From IMG/VR virus record IMGVR_UViG_3300024432_000008: a stretch of 38,460 bases of DNA; one strand, given 5' to 3'. The notes beneath the pieces are model-generated. The model did not search any database and had not been told where the DNA came from. It saw nothing but the letters and a program-made list of their open reading frames with translations. Below, piece after piece: positions 7,721 through 16,785 of the stretch; positions within the stretch are counted from its first letter, which is position 1, and every line of letters starts with the position of its first letter. This DNA is from a virus. The position numbers were made by a program, and so were the translations under genes.

Positions 7721-10009
7721 TCAAGAAAATCCTTCACTAAATCCAGTCGAATGCGCACGTGTTAAAGGGTCCAATATATCGAATGTATAGTACCGATCAT
7801 CATAATTGACACCTGTTACCCTGACATACTGTTTTTCAGTCGGATCTATTGTCAGCGGTAAGATTCTTTGCCCGTTAAGCCTTGCTTCAGGACCGAATGA
7901 AAATTCTGTCTTCAAAGCACTATTTGCAGTATATATAGTTTCTTCTGGAACTTCAAGCAGAACAACGTGTGTATTATCTACACCTGCAATAACTGGGATT
8001 GACTGTATATCTCCGTCACGTTTTTTTAAAATGATAAAATGATCATCACCTTGAATGAATTCAACTGCTTGTGATAATTCAATTTCTAAGCCATCAACAG
8101 ATCTTATGTAGCCATCGAAAGTAGCTACACGAGTACCTTTTACTACTGAAATCATCCTAGATGGGCGTATAAATCTCCCTTCTGCTGTCACAGTAAAATC
8201 AACAGCTATCCTGCCGTATCGAAGCCTTTGAAATTCACGCCAAGTACGCCATTGTGCTTGTCTAAAATTAGCAATACCAGGAATTTCATATATTTTAGGG
8301 TTAGTTGCGCTACGGTCAGCAGGAAAAAAAATCAATTCTTGTGTATTTGTCTCTCGATTTTGCCATTTGAAAACAACCCCATCATTTTCTGTTGAATTAT
8401 TAAATCTTCGTGACCATATTTCAACACCGGGTTTTTTAGATCTGTGAGTGAAAACCATTTCCGGCCCAAGTTGTGGCTGTTCAAATTCAACAAATAAAAC
8501 TTTTGCTACGCGATAAGGTACAGAGAACACAGCGTTTGTGATAGTATAAAATATTTCTTGTGGGGTGATCCGAGTGCTATCAAATGTATAATTAAATTCT
8601 CCCGCTTGTGCCTCACCAAAATATGTTTCTATATCTTCTTGAGTTTGCAACAGCTGATCTAAATCCAGTTCTGATACATCTCGACCGCCTATTTTTGGAT
8701 CGAGTGCCATTCTAATTAACGTCTGCATGGCTTGGGTGTTAGACGTAAGAGTTCCGGCAAATTCACCACTACCGATATATTTATCGACTTTTTCTGTAGC
8801 TAAACAAGATAAGACAGGGACTGTAATTGATGCGCTTTGCTCATTTCTTATTCTCCGGGTATGAATAGTCGTAACATCACCAAAATCAGTTAGTGAAACA
8901 TCTTGTGAGCCATATAGATCTCTCCATTGAATTTCATCGACCACAGTCCCTTCAAATTCAAAATCTTTCAACGTATCTCGTTTAACTCTAACTCTCACAT
9001 ATGATCTTGAACCCATCTCGATTTCAACAGTTGTTCCTTTTTGATCTGTATCATTACCAGATACAGCACCTGAAATTGATGATATTGATCCAACGGGGTC
9101 TCTATCATCATTAAGAAATTGCCATTGAGTAGTAAAATCAACAATAGCTGAAGATTTTACTACACCATCATCTTTAAACATCCCTCTAGGGGCAATTGTG
9201 TTAACCCAAAAACGATCAACTTTTAAAGTTGAAAATGAGAACCAACTTGTAAAACCTCCGGCGGGTGTTTCGTTGCTTGCCCTGAGTATTAAACCTCCAA
9301 CTTCAACAGAACGACGAACTGTAGATATTAAATCATTGATTACTGGACCTATCTGTATTTCTGGGGAATCCCCACTATTCGGACTAGTGAATGGCCCATA
9401 AACAGCAGCACTAGCATCTGTTATATCAGATACCAATGTATCACCATCTTTAATTTCTTCGATTACTAATTCTTTTCGTCCGACGCAATAATAGGCAATT
9501 TCTTCTTCTACATTATTAAGAAATTTACGATAATTTCCCATAATAATATCAGGTATAGAATTTACTTGGCCACCAATATCAGGAATGCGTTCATTAATCC
9601 TTACAAAATTTGATCTATTAGTAAGTGCATTATTAGGTGATTCTTGCTGTCTATTTACATTCTTAAGAGCTACTGGCTTGGGAATATTCGGATTGCCTAT
9701 TCCACCGGGTGTATCAGGCAATGATGAAATTACTACAACGGCTGATACTATTGCTACTACAGCACTGATTATTAATAACGCTGTTGCACTAATACCGGGA
9801 GTTTCAACGACAGAGAATTTCCCCTCATGAGCTAAAATCTTAACAAAATTATTTGTAATATCGTTATCAGATGATGGGTTAAATCCTTCATGTACACTGA
9901 AAGGTGTTTTCCTTGCTCTAAATTGTTTTAAACAAAAGTGAGCGGGACTTTTATCTTGAAATTCTTCTACTCTCCCATCAAGATAATAATATTTTATATT
10001 TACCGCCAA
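7721..10009 (-). CDS. host-specificity / central tail tip protein (lambda J-like) with an N-terminal lambda I-like segment
   Basis: 762 aa, directly after the NlpC/P60-like gene as in the lambda K-I-J order. The N-terminal ~100 aa end in VETPG followed by the hydrophobic run ISATALLIISAVVAIVSAVVVISSL, as in tail assembly protein I. Confidence 0.7.
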   Translation of the reverse strand: MAVNIKYYYLDGRVEEFQDKSPAHFCLKQFRARKTPFSVHEGFNPSSDNDITNNFVKILAHEGKFSVVETPGISATALLIISAVVAIVSAVVVISSLPDTPGGIGNPNIPKPVALKNVNRQQESPNNALTNRSNFVRINERIPDIGGQVNSIPDIIMGNYRKFLNNVEEEIAYYCVGRKELVIEEIKDGDTLVSDITDASAAVYGPFTSPNSGDSPEIQIGPVINDLISTVRRSVEVGGLILRASNETPAGGFTSWFSFSTLKVDRFWVNTIAPRGMFKDDGVVKSSAIVDFTTQWQFLNDDRDPVGSISSISGAVSGNDTDQKGTTVEIEMGSRSYVRVRVKRDTLKDFEFEGTVVDEIQWRDLYGSQDVSLTDFGDVTTIHTRRIRNEQSASITVPVLSCLATEKVDKYIGSGEFAGTLTSNTQAMQTLIRMALDPKIGGRDVSELDLDQLLQTQEDIETYFGEAQAGEFNYTFDSTRITPQEIFYTITNAVFSVPYRVAKVLFVEFEQPQLGPEMVFTHRSKKPGVEIWSRRFNNSTENDGVVFKWQNRETNTQELIFFPADRSATNPKIYEIPGIANFRQAQWRTWREFQRLRYGRIAVDFTVTAEGRFIRPSRMISVVKGTRVATFDGYIRSVDGLEIELSQAVEFIQGDDHFIILKKRDGDIQSIPVIAGVDNTHVVLLEVPEETIYTANSALKTEFSFGPEARLNGQRILPLTIDPTEKQYVRVTGVNYDDRYYTFDILDPLTRAHSTGFSEGFS

Positions 10010-10377
10010 AATTCAATACTCCGTCTATTTTTGATAGCATTTCTTAATGGTTCGAGTATAACTTGCCCTACTGCATTACAACAATGCGAGATATATTTAT
10101 TATAATATATCCCAGCATGATGAAAATCTGTTCCAGCCATTGATCTAACAAAAATAATAATATCATAATTCTGTGGGTTAGTTACTAAGGTCAGTCCATG
10201 TTCATTTCCACTTCGCACTTCATTAAAATTTGAGGCTATAATTTCACTTGCCATTGATGCAACAGTATACATTTTTGTTTTTATACCTGCATCTCTTCTA
10301 ACACAAACTATATGTTGCCAACAATTATATTTCATAAACCCATATCGTTTGCCAGTATAAGAATTTATATCAATCAA
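10000..10377 (-). CDS. NlpC/P60-type peptidase-like tail protein (lambda K / GTA g14 position)
   Basis: Candidate catalytic Cys in YNCWQHIV and His in DFHHAGIYYN. Lies between the L-like and J-like genes. Confidence 0.6.
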   Translation of the reverse strand: MIDINSYTGKRYGFMKYNCWQHIVCVRRDAGIKTKMYTVASMASEIIASNFNEVRSGNEHGLTLVTNPQNYDIIIFVRSMAGTDFHHAGIYYNKYISHCCNAVGQVILEPLRNAIKNRRSIEFWR

Positions 10378-10871
10378 AATGCTCTCAACATAGGAAAATC
10401 TGTAAAATTGTAAGTTTCCCCTGTTTCCCTACTATTCAATCGTGGTATTCCAGATCGGATGGTGAAAATGCCCTTGCTTTGTGCAATCGATTCAAGATCA
10501 TAAACAAACGGACCTTCTGCAATTTCGTTGAGATTTGTAGAAATATATATTCTGTATGTAATTGTAGGGTTAGTTTGATCTCCTACATCAATCCTATCCA
10601 TCTCATCATCTAAAACATTTTCAATATCTGGTAAATTAAAACTTGCTAGTTGATCTAAATCATCTAATATTTTTGTATTATCACTCGCAAAGTTGATCGG
10701 TGTATAAGTTTGAGGAATATTATTCTCATCCCTTGCAATCAGTTCTTTAGTATCACGAACGAATCTAAACACTTGTGATAACGCTGGATGTTCTATTGTA
10801 ATGGTTTCAAAGACTCGCTCTTCTTCAGGTTGTGAATTTAAGAAAACTTTATAGTCTTCTAAAATAGTCAT
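10374..10871 (-). CDS. minor tail protein (lambda L-like position)
   Basis: Assigned by gene order only: downstream of the tape measure and M-like genes, upstream of the K-like gene. Start and stop overlap the neighbours. Confidence 0.45.
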   Translation of the reverse strand: MTILEDYKVFLNSQPEEERVFETITIEHPALSQVFRFVRDTKELIARDENNIPQTYTPINFASDNTKILDDLDQLASFNLPDIENVLDDEMDRIDVGDQTNPTITYRIYISTNLNEIAEGPFVYDLESIAQSKGIFTIRSGIPRLNSRETGETYNFTDFPMLRAF

Positions 10872-11083
10872 TTAACTGGACCAACATGATAGTCATGCTC
10901 TCCACAATCACAAGAAATTTCAATTCCTACTTCACAGTTAAAAAATGGACCTGGATAATCTGGAAATTTATTGCATGGGGCAAAATCATCATTAAGCAGA
11001 CAACCACAATCTTGGATAGGATTATATAATCCGTCCACATTATTAGCTACTAATTGCCTTATAATCATTTTAAGTACATTCAT
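10868..11083 (-). CDS. small Cys-rich protein
   Basis: 71 aa containing DCGC, PC, NC and SCDCGEH. Sits inside the tail-tip gene block. Confidence 0.45.
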   Translation of the reverse strand: MNVLKMIIRQLVANNVDGLYNPIQDCGCLLNDDFAPCNKFPDYPGPFFNCEVGIEISCDCGEHDYHVGPVK

Positions 11084-11095
11084 GTTTCACCGTAA

Positions 11096-11584
11096 TTATT
11101 TTAATACCAAAAAATCAACATTAACAAGTTTAGCCAACCTATCGATAACAGGCTGAAGATTTTCACCATAAACTTCGATTAATGGCCACAAAGAACCTCC
11201 AAACGGGTTATCTTGTGACGGTGTTGTTTCTACTACCAACGTACACGTTACACGCCAATTGATTCCCTCCCTTGTAGTTACATTGATAGTCCCAGGTTTA
11301 AACAACGCTTGATGGTTCTGTAATCCATCAGTATCAGTTTCAAGAGGGATATTAAAACTGTTTGCCCCATGATTTATTGTGAAATCATACCAATCAAAGA
11401 ATGCAGCTTTCTCGATATTTGTAAAAGCAAATATAACATTTATTTCGACAGCTTCCAAAGAATAATCTAATACTGTTCTGAAAATACCCCCCGCAACAGG
11501 TGTACGAACTATATTTGTGCCTCGATTAAATCTATACCCTTGTGCGAGAGGTATAATAAAACTAGGTATTGACGAATCACCCAC
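11096..11584 (-). CDS. minor / distal tail protein (lambda M-like position)
   Basis: Immediately follows the tape measure gene, sharing base 11584. 162 aa. Confidence 0.45.
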   Translation of the reverse strand: MGDSSIPSFIIPLAQGYRFNRGTNIVRTPVAGGIFRTVLDYSLEAVEINVIFAFTNIEKAAFFDWYDFTINHGANSFNIPLETDTDGLQNHQALFKPGTINVTTREGINWRVTCTLVVETTPSQDNPFGGSLWPLIEVYGENLQPVIDRLAKLVNVDFLVLK

Positions 11585-13890
11585 TAAAATTGCCTTGACG
11601 TTGTAGTATTACGATTTAACGATTTTGAAACCCTAGAGTTGGGATTTTCTATATCTGAAGAAACTGTATTTCTTATGAGAATGATGATTCTTTGCTCCTC
11701 ATCAATATTTACATCTGGTTGTGCTATCTCCTCAGAAGTTTGATTTATTATGATAATTTCTGGTGCAGAAGGTTTATCACCTGCTATTTTTTTTGTTTCT
11801 TGCGCACTAGCGATCCTACCACCAGCTCCAAACTCCACTAGTTCTGGACCCTGCTCCCCAACGAGCAACTGTTGCCCAGCCTGAAACTGTCCTCCCTGCT
11901 GTCTTGTAGATGGTGGGGAGGCTGATGCTATAGTAGCAAATTGGGCGGCTCCAGCAGCAGCGGCTGCTGCCGCTAAAAAGAAACTAAGTGGTGGAGCAGC
12001 AGCAGATAAGGCTTTGGATACTGCAGATGCAGTCTCGACAACTGCATTGGCCAATGCTGCAGCTTGGCCAATCCTGAAAAGTTCTTTGTTACTAGATTGT
12101 ATTAAACCAGAAATTGCACTGAGAGATTCTCTAACCACTTGCTCTTTAGTTTCAGCACTAGCTGCATCAATTACAGCGTTAGCTACAGCTGTAACCTGAT
12201 TAATCGCAATAATCTTTTTGTTACTAGATTGCACTAAACCAGAAATTCTACTAAAAGATGCCTTAAGCTCTTTCTCTTTAGTTTCTCGTGATTTTCTATC
12301 TAATTCCGCTTCTGCAGCATCTGCATTTTTATCAATTTCTATTTTCGCTGCTCTAAAATCACTAAGTGAAATCAATTCTTTCTCTAGATCCACCTCCAAA
12401 GATTCTAATCGATCCGTTCGTATTCTCTCAATTGCCTCACGTTCAGTCTCATTTAACGCCAATATTAATTCTAATCTTCTTCGTGCAAATCCACGTTCAA
12501 GAGCTAATTCTTTTTCTTTCTGTTCTTGTTCCCTCATTTGTTTAGCAGCAAAACGTTCTAATTCATTTAGCACCTTTTGTTCTTCAGCTTCTCGTTTAGC
12601 TTCTATTTTATCTTGTTCTGTTTTGCGAATCTTTTCAACTTCTTCAGCTCTGCGTGCTACTCCTCTTGCTGCTCTTTCTTCTTCTTTTCTTTCTTGTTCT
12701 CTAACTGCTGTAAGCCGAATTATAGCTCCTTGCAACCCAAACATTTTAAGAGTTAATTCGTCGATTTCTTCTGCGTTGTTAGAGAAAAAATCTTCTTCAC
12801 TTTGCTTCTGTAACAACGCTATCTTAGCATTTACTGATGCAAGACTTGTATTTGCCTCTTCGAGTGTCCCTACAAAATCAGCAGTGCCAAATATAAACTC
12901 CGCTAAAACACCTTTAGTCTTGGTGAATATATTAGTGACAGTAACTTCTATTTCTGACAATTGTTTATTTGCAATCCGTAATGCTTCTACTTCACTTTCG
13001 GTTAGTAATAATCCCTTTTCCTCAATCGCTAATGAAATTTCTTTAAGAGCTTGACCATTATCATTTAACAATGGTACTAAAAGTGTTGCATCATTTGCCA
13101 AAGCTTCCAATATGAACGTGGTTTCTTGTCCATTAGCTCCAATCGTTTCCAATCCCTCAGCAACTAATAACAAAATACCTTCAGGACCAAGTTTTGTCAA
13201 CTCCTCCCTAGTCTTACCCAAGGGTTTTATTACTTTCTCAAAAATAGTTTTAAATTCACCACCACCCGTTAAAACAAAATCACCAACTTTATCATTGACA
13301 TCTTTTAAAATGTCAGCAGTTTTATCCATGTCAATATTTAATGTTTTAAATGCTGACGATATTCTTTGAAATTCTGGCACAGATGTATTTGATAGATCAG
13401 CAAGCCTTACTAATTCTGACCTGAATGACCCAGCATTTGTAAGTAATGCAAGTAATCCAGCAGCAGCAAGACCAAAAGCTGTACCAAGACTAGGGAGGAA
13501 ACTAATAAGATTCGACGTTGCACCACTCAACCCTCGCATTGAGCTACTTAATCGTTGCGATCCTGTTTCTAATTGACCAACAGCAGTATTAGTCTGATTA
13601 GCTTGATTTTCAAGGTTTCTGAATTGATCACTTGTAGAACTAATCCCACTCGGTCGTAATTGTATTGTTTCTAATTGACCAACAGCAATCTCAGTCTGAT
13701 TAGCTTGATTTTCAAGGTTTCTGAATTGATCACTTGTAGAACTAATCCCACTCGGTCGTAACTGTATTGTTTCTAATTGACCAACAGCAATCTCAGTCTG
13801 ATTAGCTTGATTTTCAAGATCTTCTAAATCATTAGTTGCAGAATCAACCCCTTGTGACTGTACTTGAAGTGTTAATGATGCTGTTGCCAT
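11584..13890 (-). CDS. tape measure protein
   Basis: 768 aa, downstream of the G/GT chaperones. Long coiled-coil E/K/R-rich centre, hydrophobic Ala/Gly-rich segments, internal tandem repeats. Confidence 0.85.
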   Translation of the reverse strand: MATASLTLQVQSQGVDSATNDLEDLENQANQTEIAVGQLETIQLRPSGISSTSDQFRNLENQANQTEIAVGQLETIQLRPSGISSTSDQFRNLENQANQTNTAVGQLETGSQRLSSSMRGLSGATSNLISFLPSLGTAFGLAAAGLLALLTNAGSFRSELVRLADLSNTSVPEFQRISSAFKTLNIDMDKTADILKDVNDKVGDFVLTGGGEFKTIFEKVIKPLGKTREELTKLGPEGILLLVAEGLETIGANGQETTFILEALANDATLLVPLLNDNGQALKEISLAIEEKGLLLTESEVEALRIANKQLSEIEVTVTNIFTKTKGVLAEFIFGTADFVGTLEEANTSLASVNAKIALLQKQSEEDFFSNNAEEIDELTLKMFGLQGAIIRLTAVREQERKEEERAARGVARRAEEVEKIRKTEQDKIEAKREAEEQKVLNELERFAAKQMREQEQKEKELALERGFARRRLELILALNETEREAIERIRTDRLESLEVDLEKELISLSDFRAAKIEIDKNADAAEAELDRKSRETKEKELKASFSRISGLVQSSNKKIIAINQVTAVANAVIDAASAETKEQVVRESLSAISGLIQSSNKELFRIGQAAALANAVVETASAVSKALSAAAPPLSFFLAAAAAAAGAAQFATIASASPPSTRQQGGQFQAGQQLLVGEQGPELVEFGAGGRIASAQETKKIAGDKPSAPEIIIINQTSEEIAQPDVNIDEEQRIIILIRNTVSSDIENPNSRVSKSLNRNTTTSRQF
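13560..13826 (-). repeat. 102-bp (34-aa) tandem repeat, about 2.6 copies, at the tape measure N-terminus
   Basis: 13609..13710 and 13711..13812 match except for a single mismatch (13660 T versus 13762 C). Peptide unit is NLENQANQTEIAVGQLETIQLRPSGISSTSDQFR. Confidence 0.9.
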
Positions 13891-14562
13891 ATTTAAGATT
13901 CCAATAAATATTATCTATTTGAATTATTATTTCAACTTCCCACGGTTCAAGATTGATCTGCATGATCTTTTGAAAATAAAATAATTCTTGATATGTAATT
14001 ACCCCATCTCGATGGCATTGCAACCAATAAGTTTTCAAATATTCTAATTCTTCCGGTGCCGATACCGAACTACTTTTTGGTACTGGTGCGCCCATCTTTT
14101 TTAAAGCATCAAGATGTTGTTTCTGTGTTACACCTTTTGAATCTTTCTTATTATTTTTTAACCAGTCCTCACAATGTCTTAAAAATTCTGTTACTTTTTT
14201 CTAAAAAAATTACCTCTATTAGATATGAACGTATCTAAATCATCCATAATATATGGTGTATTATAAAGCAGATCCTGTACTGCTTTTTGACTGAATGCTT
14301 TTGTGAAACTCCAATCTGCAACTACTTGCGATAGTAAATAAGCTGTGTCCCTATCTTTATCTTTATTCTCATCTTCAGGTATTGTTCCACTCAAAGATTG
14401 AGTAAGTCGCAATGCCATTCTCTCTTGTCTATTTCTACGCCATGGTGTAGACTCGATTCCACCAACCATCAACCATTGCCCAGAATCTTTACCATGTATA
14501 TCTTTTAGGATAAATTTAACAAGAGTACCAGACCTAGTGTAAAAATCTTCAGGATCCATCAC
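13844..14562 (-). CDS. tail assembly chaperone, -1 frameshifted long form (lambda GT-like)
   Basis: Hand translation after a -1 slip at A_AAA_AAG gives ...KK VTEFLRHCEDWLKNNKKDSKGVTQKQHLDALKKMGAPVPKSS... This runs without a stop into track ORF 13844..14095. Confidence 0.75.
14191..14562 (-). CDS. tail assembly chaperone, short form (lambda G-like)
   Basis: 123 aa, lying between the tail tube and tape measure genes. Ends ...NFFRKK* with a slippery heptamer immediately before the stop. Confidence 0.75.
   Translation of the reverse strand: MMDPEDFYTRSGTLVKFILKDIHGKDSGQWLMVGGIESTPWRRNRQERMALRLTQSLSGTIPEDENKDKDRDTAYLLSQVVADWSFTKAFSQKAVQDLLYNTPYIMDDLDTFISNRGNFFRKK
14194..14200 (-). promoter_or_regulatory. 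-1 programmed ribosomal frameshift slippery heptamer A_AAA_AAG
   Basis: The minus strand reads AGA AAA AAG TAA, so the X_XXY_YYZ heptamer is in the correct zero-frame phase directly before the stop. Confidence 0.75.
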
Positions 14563-15734
14563 GAAAGTCTCCTTATAATCAAACTAGAATTGTCTATATT
14601 GCCAGTAGCTTGTGCTTCTAAACTTTGCACAATTGCTGTTTCTCCAGCTACTTCAGGGGAACCTGATGTATATTTAACTGTAGGAAAATCAAACATTATC
14701 GAACCACTGATACCTTCAAGAATCGCTATTAACTGAACTTCTGTTTCATCAATGAATTTTTGTAATAAATCAATACTACTAAAAAAAGTAGATATTGACA
14801 AAGTGTTATTAGCACGACCTTTTTCAATAAAAGCTACTGCAGCACTACCAATTTCAAATTGTGCAGATTGATTGTTATCGTTTGTTATACCTAAAGAACT
14901 GAAGAAACCAATAATAACACCATCTTGAAGAATTCTACTATCAAGAGAAGAAAATGCCTCAGTAGTTATTGCTGGGTCAAATGTTGAACCCGTCGGTGGA
15001 GTAGCACCTAACAACGTTAAATCTCTCCCCAATGTTGGAATTGTACCAGTAACCAAAGCATTAACAGCAATATCAAAAGTGAAACCTGTAGTTTCAACTC
15101 CAGTAACCAATTGATAATCCGCTGTACCATCACCATCAGGAAAATTACTTAAGACTGACATTGTACGCCTAATAGTACCAATTTCTAAAGTATCACCCAC
15201 CACTATGTCAGTAGTTACTGTCGATTCATCTACTAAAATATCATCGGCAATACCCGAAGCCGTTATTACTGTTGCAGTAACCGCAGTTACTCTAAATGTT
15301 CCAGAATTATTCCCAGTCAAACTGGGAAACTTTATCATGTCACCAATCACAATAGATGTAGGTGACGTGGTAAAATCACCTGCCGACCTAGTAAACGTTT
15401 TACCTGCTGCAACCACAGTAATACTTAACGCAGATTCCCCTGTCCTAACAACCCACGTGCCACCTAGGGCAGCTTCTAAAAGATCATCATAGCTATCAGG
15501 CGACAACTCAACTGAAATTTCCCCGGCAACCTGTTTTGAACCTAAACGAACGCTTGTTGTATCCCTACCTCCATCTAATTCAGTTGAAACCAAAGCATCC
15601 CGTGTCAATTGAAGATTGCCCGATGTAAATCTAAACGGTAACCACGTTGGACTTGTAGGGGTAACATTACAGGTAGTTTCAAAAATATACCAATGAGTTA
15701 CTACCGATCCCGTTTTGGGTTGCACACATGCCAT
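14559..15734 (-). CDS. major tail (tube) protein with a C-terminal extension
   Basis: 391 aa, directly upstream of the chaperone pair and downstream of the tail terminator. Thr/Ser/Gly/Val-rich beta-type composition. Confidence 0.65.
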   Translation of the reverse strand: MACVQPKTGSVVTHWYIFETTCNVTPTSPTWLPFRFTSGNLQLTRDALVSTELDGGRDTTSVRLGSKQVAGEISVELSPDSYDDLLEAALGGTWVVRTGESALSITVVAAGKTFTRSAGDFTTSPTSIVIGDMIKFPSLTGNNSGTFRVTAVTATVITASGIADDILVDESTVTTDIVVGDTLEIGTIRRTMSVLSNFPDGDGTADYQLVTGVETTGFTFDIAVNALVTGTIPTLGRDLTLLGATPPTGSTFDPAITTEAFSSLDSRILQDGVIIGFFSSLGITNDNNQSAQFEIGSAAVAFIEKGRANNTLSISTFFSSIDLLQKFIDETEVQLIAILEGISGSIMFDFPTVKYTSGSPEVAGETAIVQSLEAQATGNIDNSSLIIRRLS

Positions 15735-15736
15735 AT

Positions 15737-16153
15737 CTAAGGTACCCTATTAATATAACTAGACCAATCCACACTCAAATCTAAAATAGCCCAACCCTTA
15801 TTTATTCGCAATGGACCACGACCGATATTACTAATTCTTACACAGGTGTCATTCCACTCAAAATTAACACCAGGTTTAAAAATCAAAGCTATTTCATCAG
15901 CTTTCCTGTTCAAAACAGCACTACCACTATCTTGTGGATAATACACACTTATTTGATAAATCCCCTCATGCAAAAATGTTCCTTCTGGACCTAGTTCTGA
16001 TTGTATAGGTTGAATAGGTAAAATTGTACCAGCAAGAAACGGAGTTGAAATATCAGGCTCACCTGCCGTATTTTCAAGAAAAACCGGCAATCCACCAAAA
16101 TCAGACATTTTCAACGGTACATCAAGAGCCTTTTGTATTTCCTCAAAACTCAT
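15737..16153 (-). CDS. tail terminator-like protein (start revised to MSFEEIQ...)
   Basis: The track ORF starts at GTG 16195. ATG 16153 overlaps the stop of the upstream small ORF (TAATG). GIYQISVYYPQDSGSAVLNRKADEIALIFKPG resembles gpU/DUF4128-type terminators. Confidence 0.5.
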   Translation of the reverse strand: MSFEEIQKALDVPLKMSDFGGLPVFLENTAGEPDISTPFLAGTILPIQPIQSELGPEGTFLHEGIYQISVYYPQDSGSAVLNRKADEIALIFKPGVNFEWNDTCVRISNIGRGPLRINKGWAILDLSVDWSSYINRVP

Positions 16154-16308
16154 TATCTTTCGATCATCTTCGTAATCATATGATGTATCCACCACGCTAC
16201 TAGTCCAACAAAAATCACCAATGGTACAAATTCAACTGGTATATTTTCAGTATGATTACGATGAAGATAAAAAAGGAATCCCGTAAGGGCAAAAAACATG
16301 AAGATCAT
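16153..16308 (-). CDS. 51-aa two-TM membrane protein (not in ORF track)
   Basis: Reads MIFMFFALTGFLFYLHRNHTENIPVEFVPLVIFVGLVAWWIHHMITKMIER. The start overlaps the upstream stop (ATGA) and the stop overlaps the downstream start (TAATG). Confidence 0.4.
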   Translation of the reverse strand: MIFMFFALTGFLFYLHRNHTENIPVEFVPLVIFVGLVAWWIHHMITKMIER

Positions 16309-16649
16309 GGGGCGGCTACTTCAGAACCTAATACCTGCTCTGACTTAAATACTATCATTTCTAAAAACTCAAATGAAAATTGATGTCTATAAATAGATGG
16401 CATCTCAAATATACACCCTTTGAAATTAATCACCTCTTTTACTCCAGACATGATAATAATACTGAACGGGCGAGGACCACTCATCATCTTATACATTACA
16501 TCAATAATCGGTGAATTATGCTTCAAATTAAATGTTAAAATTCTCACCTTCTCACCAATTACTACATAATCACCTACAATGAACTCCTCCGTCGATAACC
16601 CCTCAACTATCAACGTGTGCTGACCCTCACCCTGCATGCTTATGTGCAT
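16305..16649 (-). CDS. hypothetical protein (start moved to MHISMQGEG...)
   Basis: The track start at 16784 lies inside a terminator-like hairpin, and the first 45 codons cover a G+C-rich helix-rich stretch. ATG 16649 is the first start downstream of these. Confidence 0.4.
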   Translation of the reverse strand: MHISMQGEGQHTLIVEGLSTEEFIVGDYVVIGEKVRILTFNLKHNSPIIDVMYKMMSGPRPFSIIIMSGVKEVINFKGCIFEMPSIYRHQFSFEFLEMIVFKSEQVLGSEVAAP

Positions 16650-16745
16650 TGTAATCCCTCGCTTGTGCGAGAACCGCAAAGAGTCCAGACCCTGCGATCC
16701 TCGCATCCTCCATGTAAACCCATAATACATAGAGGATACTACCTG

Positions 16746-16785
16746 AAAATAGAGTTGCTGCTGTTCGTACACGTGCAGCAGCAAC
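16746..16785 (-). terminator. intrinsic terminator candidate downstream of the autotransporter gene
   Basis: Perfect 10-bp stem GTTGCTGCTG (16754..16763) / CAGCAGCAAC (16776..16785) with a 12-nt loop, followed on the minus strand by TCTATTTT. A second perfect 9-bp hairpin lies just upstream (16791..16799 / 16824..16832). Confidence 0.5.

Noticed and set aside
12218-13054. 278-aa plus-strand ORF, plus other antisense ORFs such as 12014..12199, 13112..13369, 15205..15492, 17106..17393, 19265..19750, 19111..19533, 23099..23497, 23641..24057 and 36021..36455
   Set aside because: All lie wholly inside longer genes with clear motifs on the opposite strand or in another frame. They have low-complexity Ser/Leu/Ala-rich translations typical of shadow frames, and none has a convincing RBS or fits the operon direction.
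14203-14209. T_TTT_TTT run as the chaperone frameshift site
   Set aside because: A -1 slip there is followed immediately by TAG in the new frame. The adjacent A_AAA_AAG (14194..14200) gives an open -1 frame into the downstream ORF.
16650-16784. N-terminal 45 codons of track ORF 16305..16784, and the N-terminal 33 codons of track ORF 16982..19873
   Set aside because: The first begins inside a perfect terminator-like stem and spans a G+C-rich structured stretch. The second would place 33 hydrophobic or odd residues ahead of a textbook signal peptide and would overlap the TTGCAT-N17-TATTAT promoter. Downstream ATGs (16649 and 19774) were preferred.
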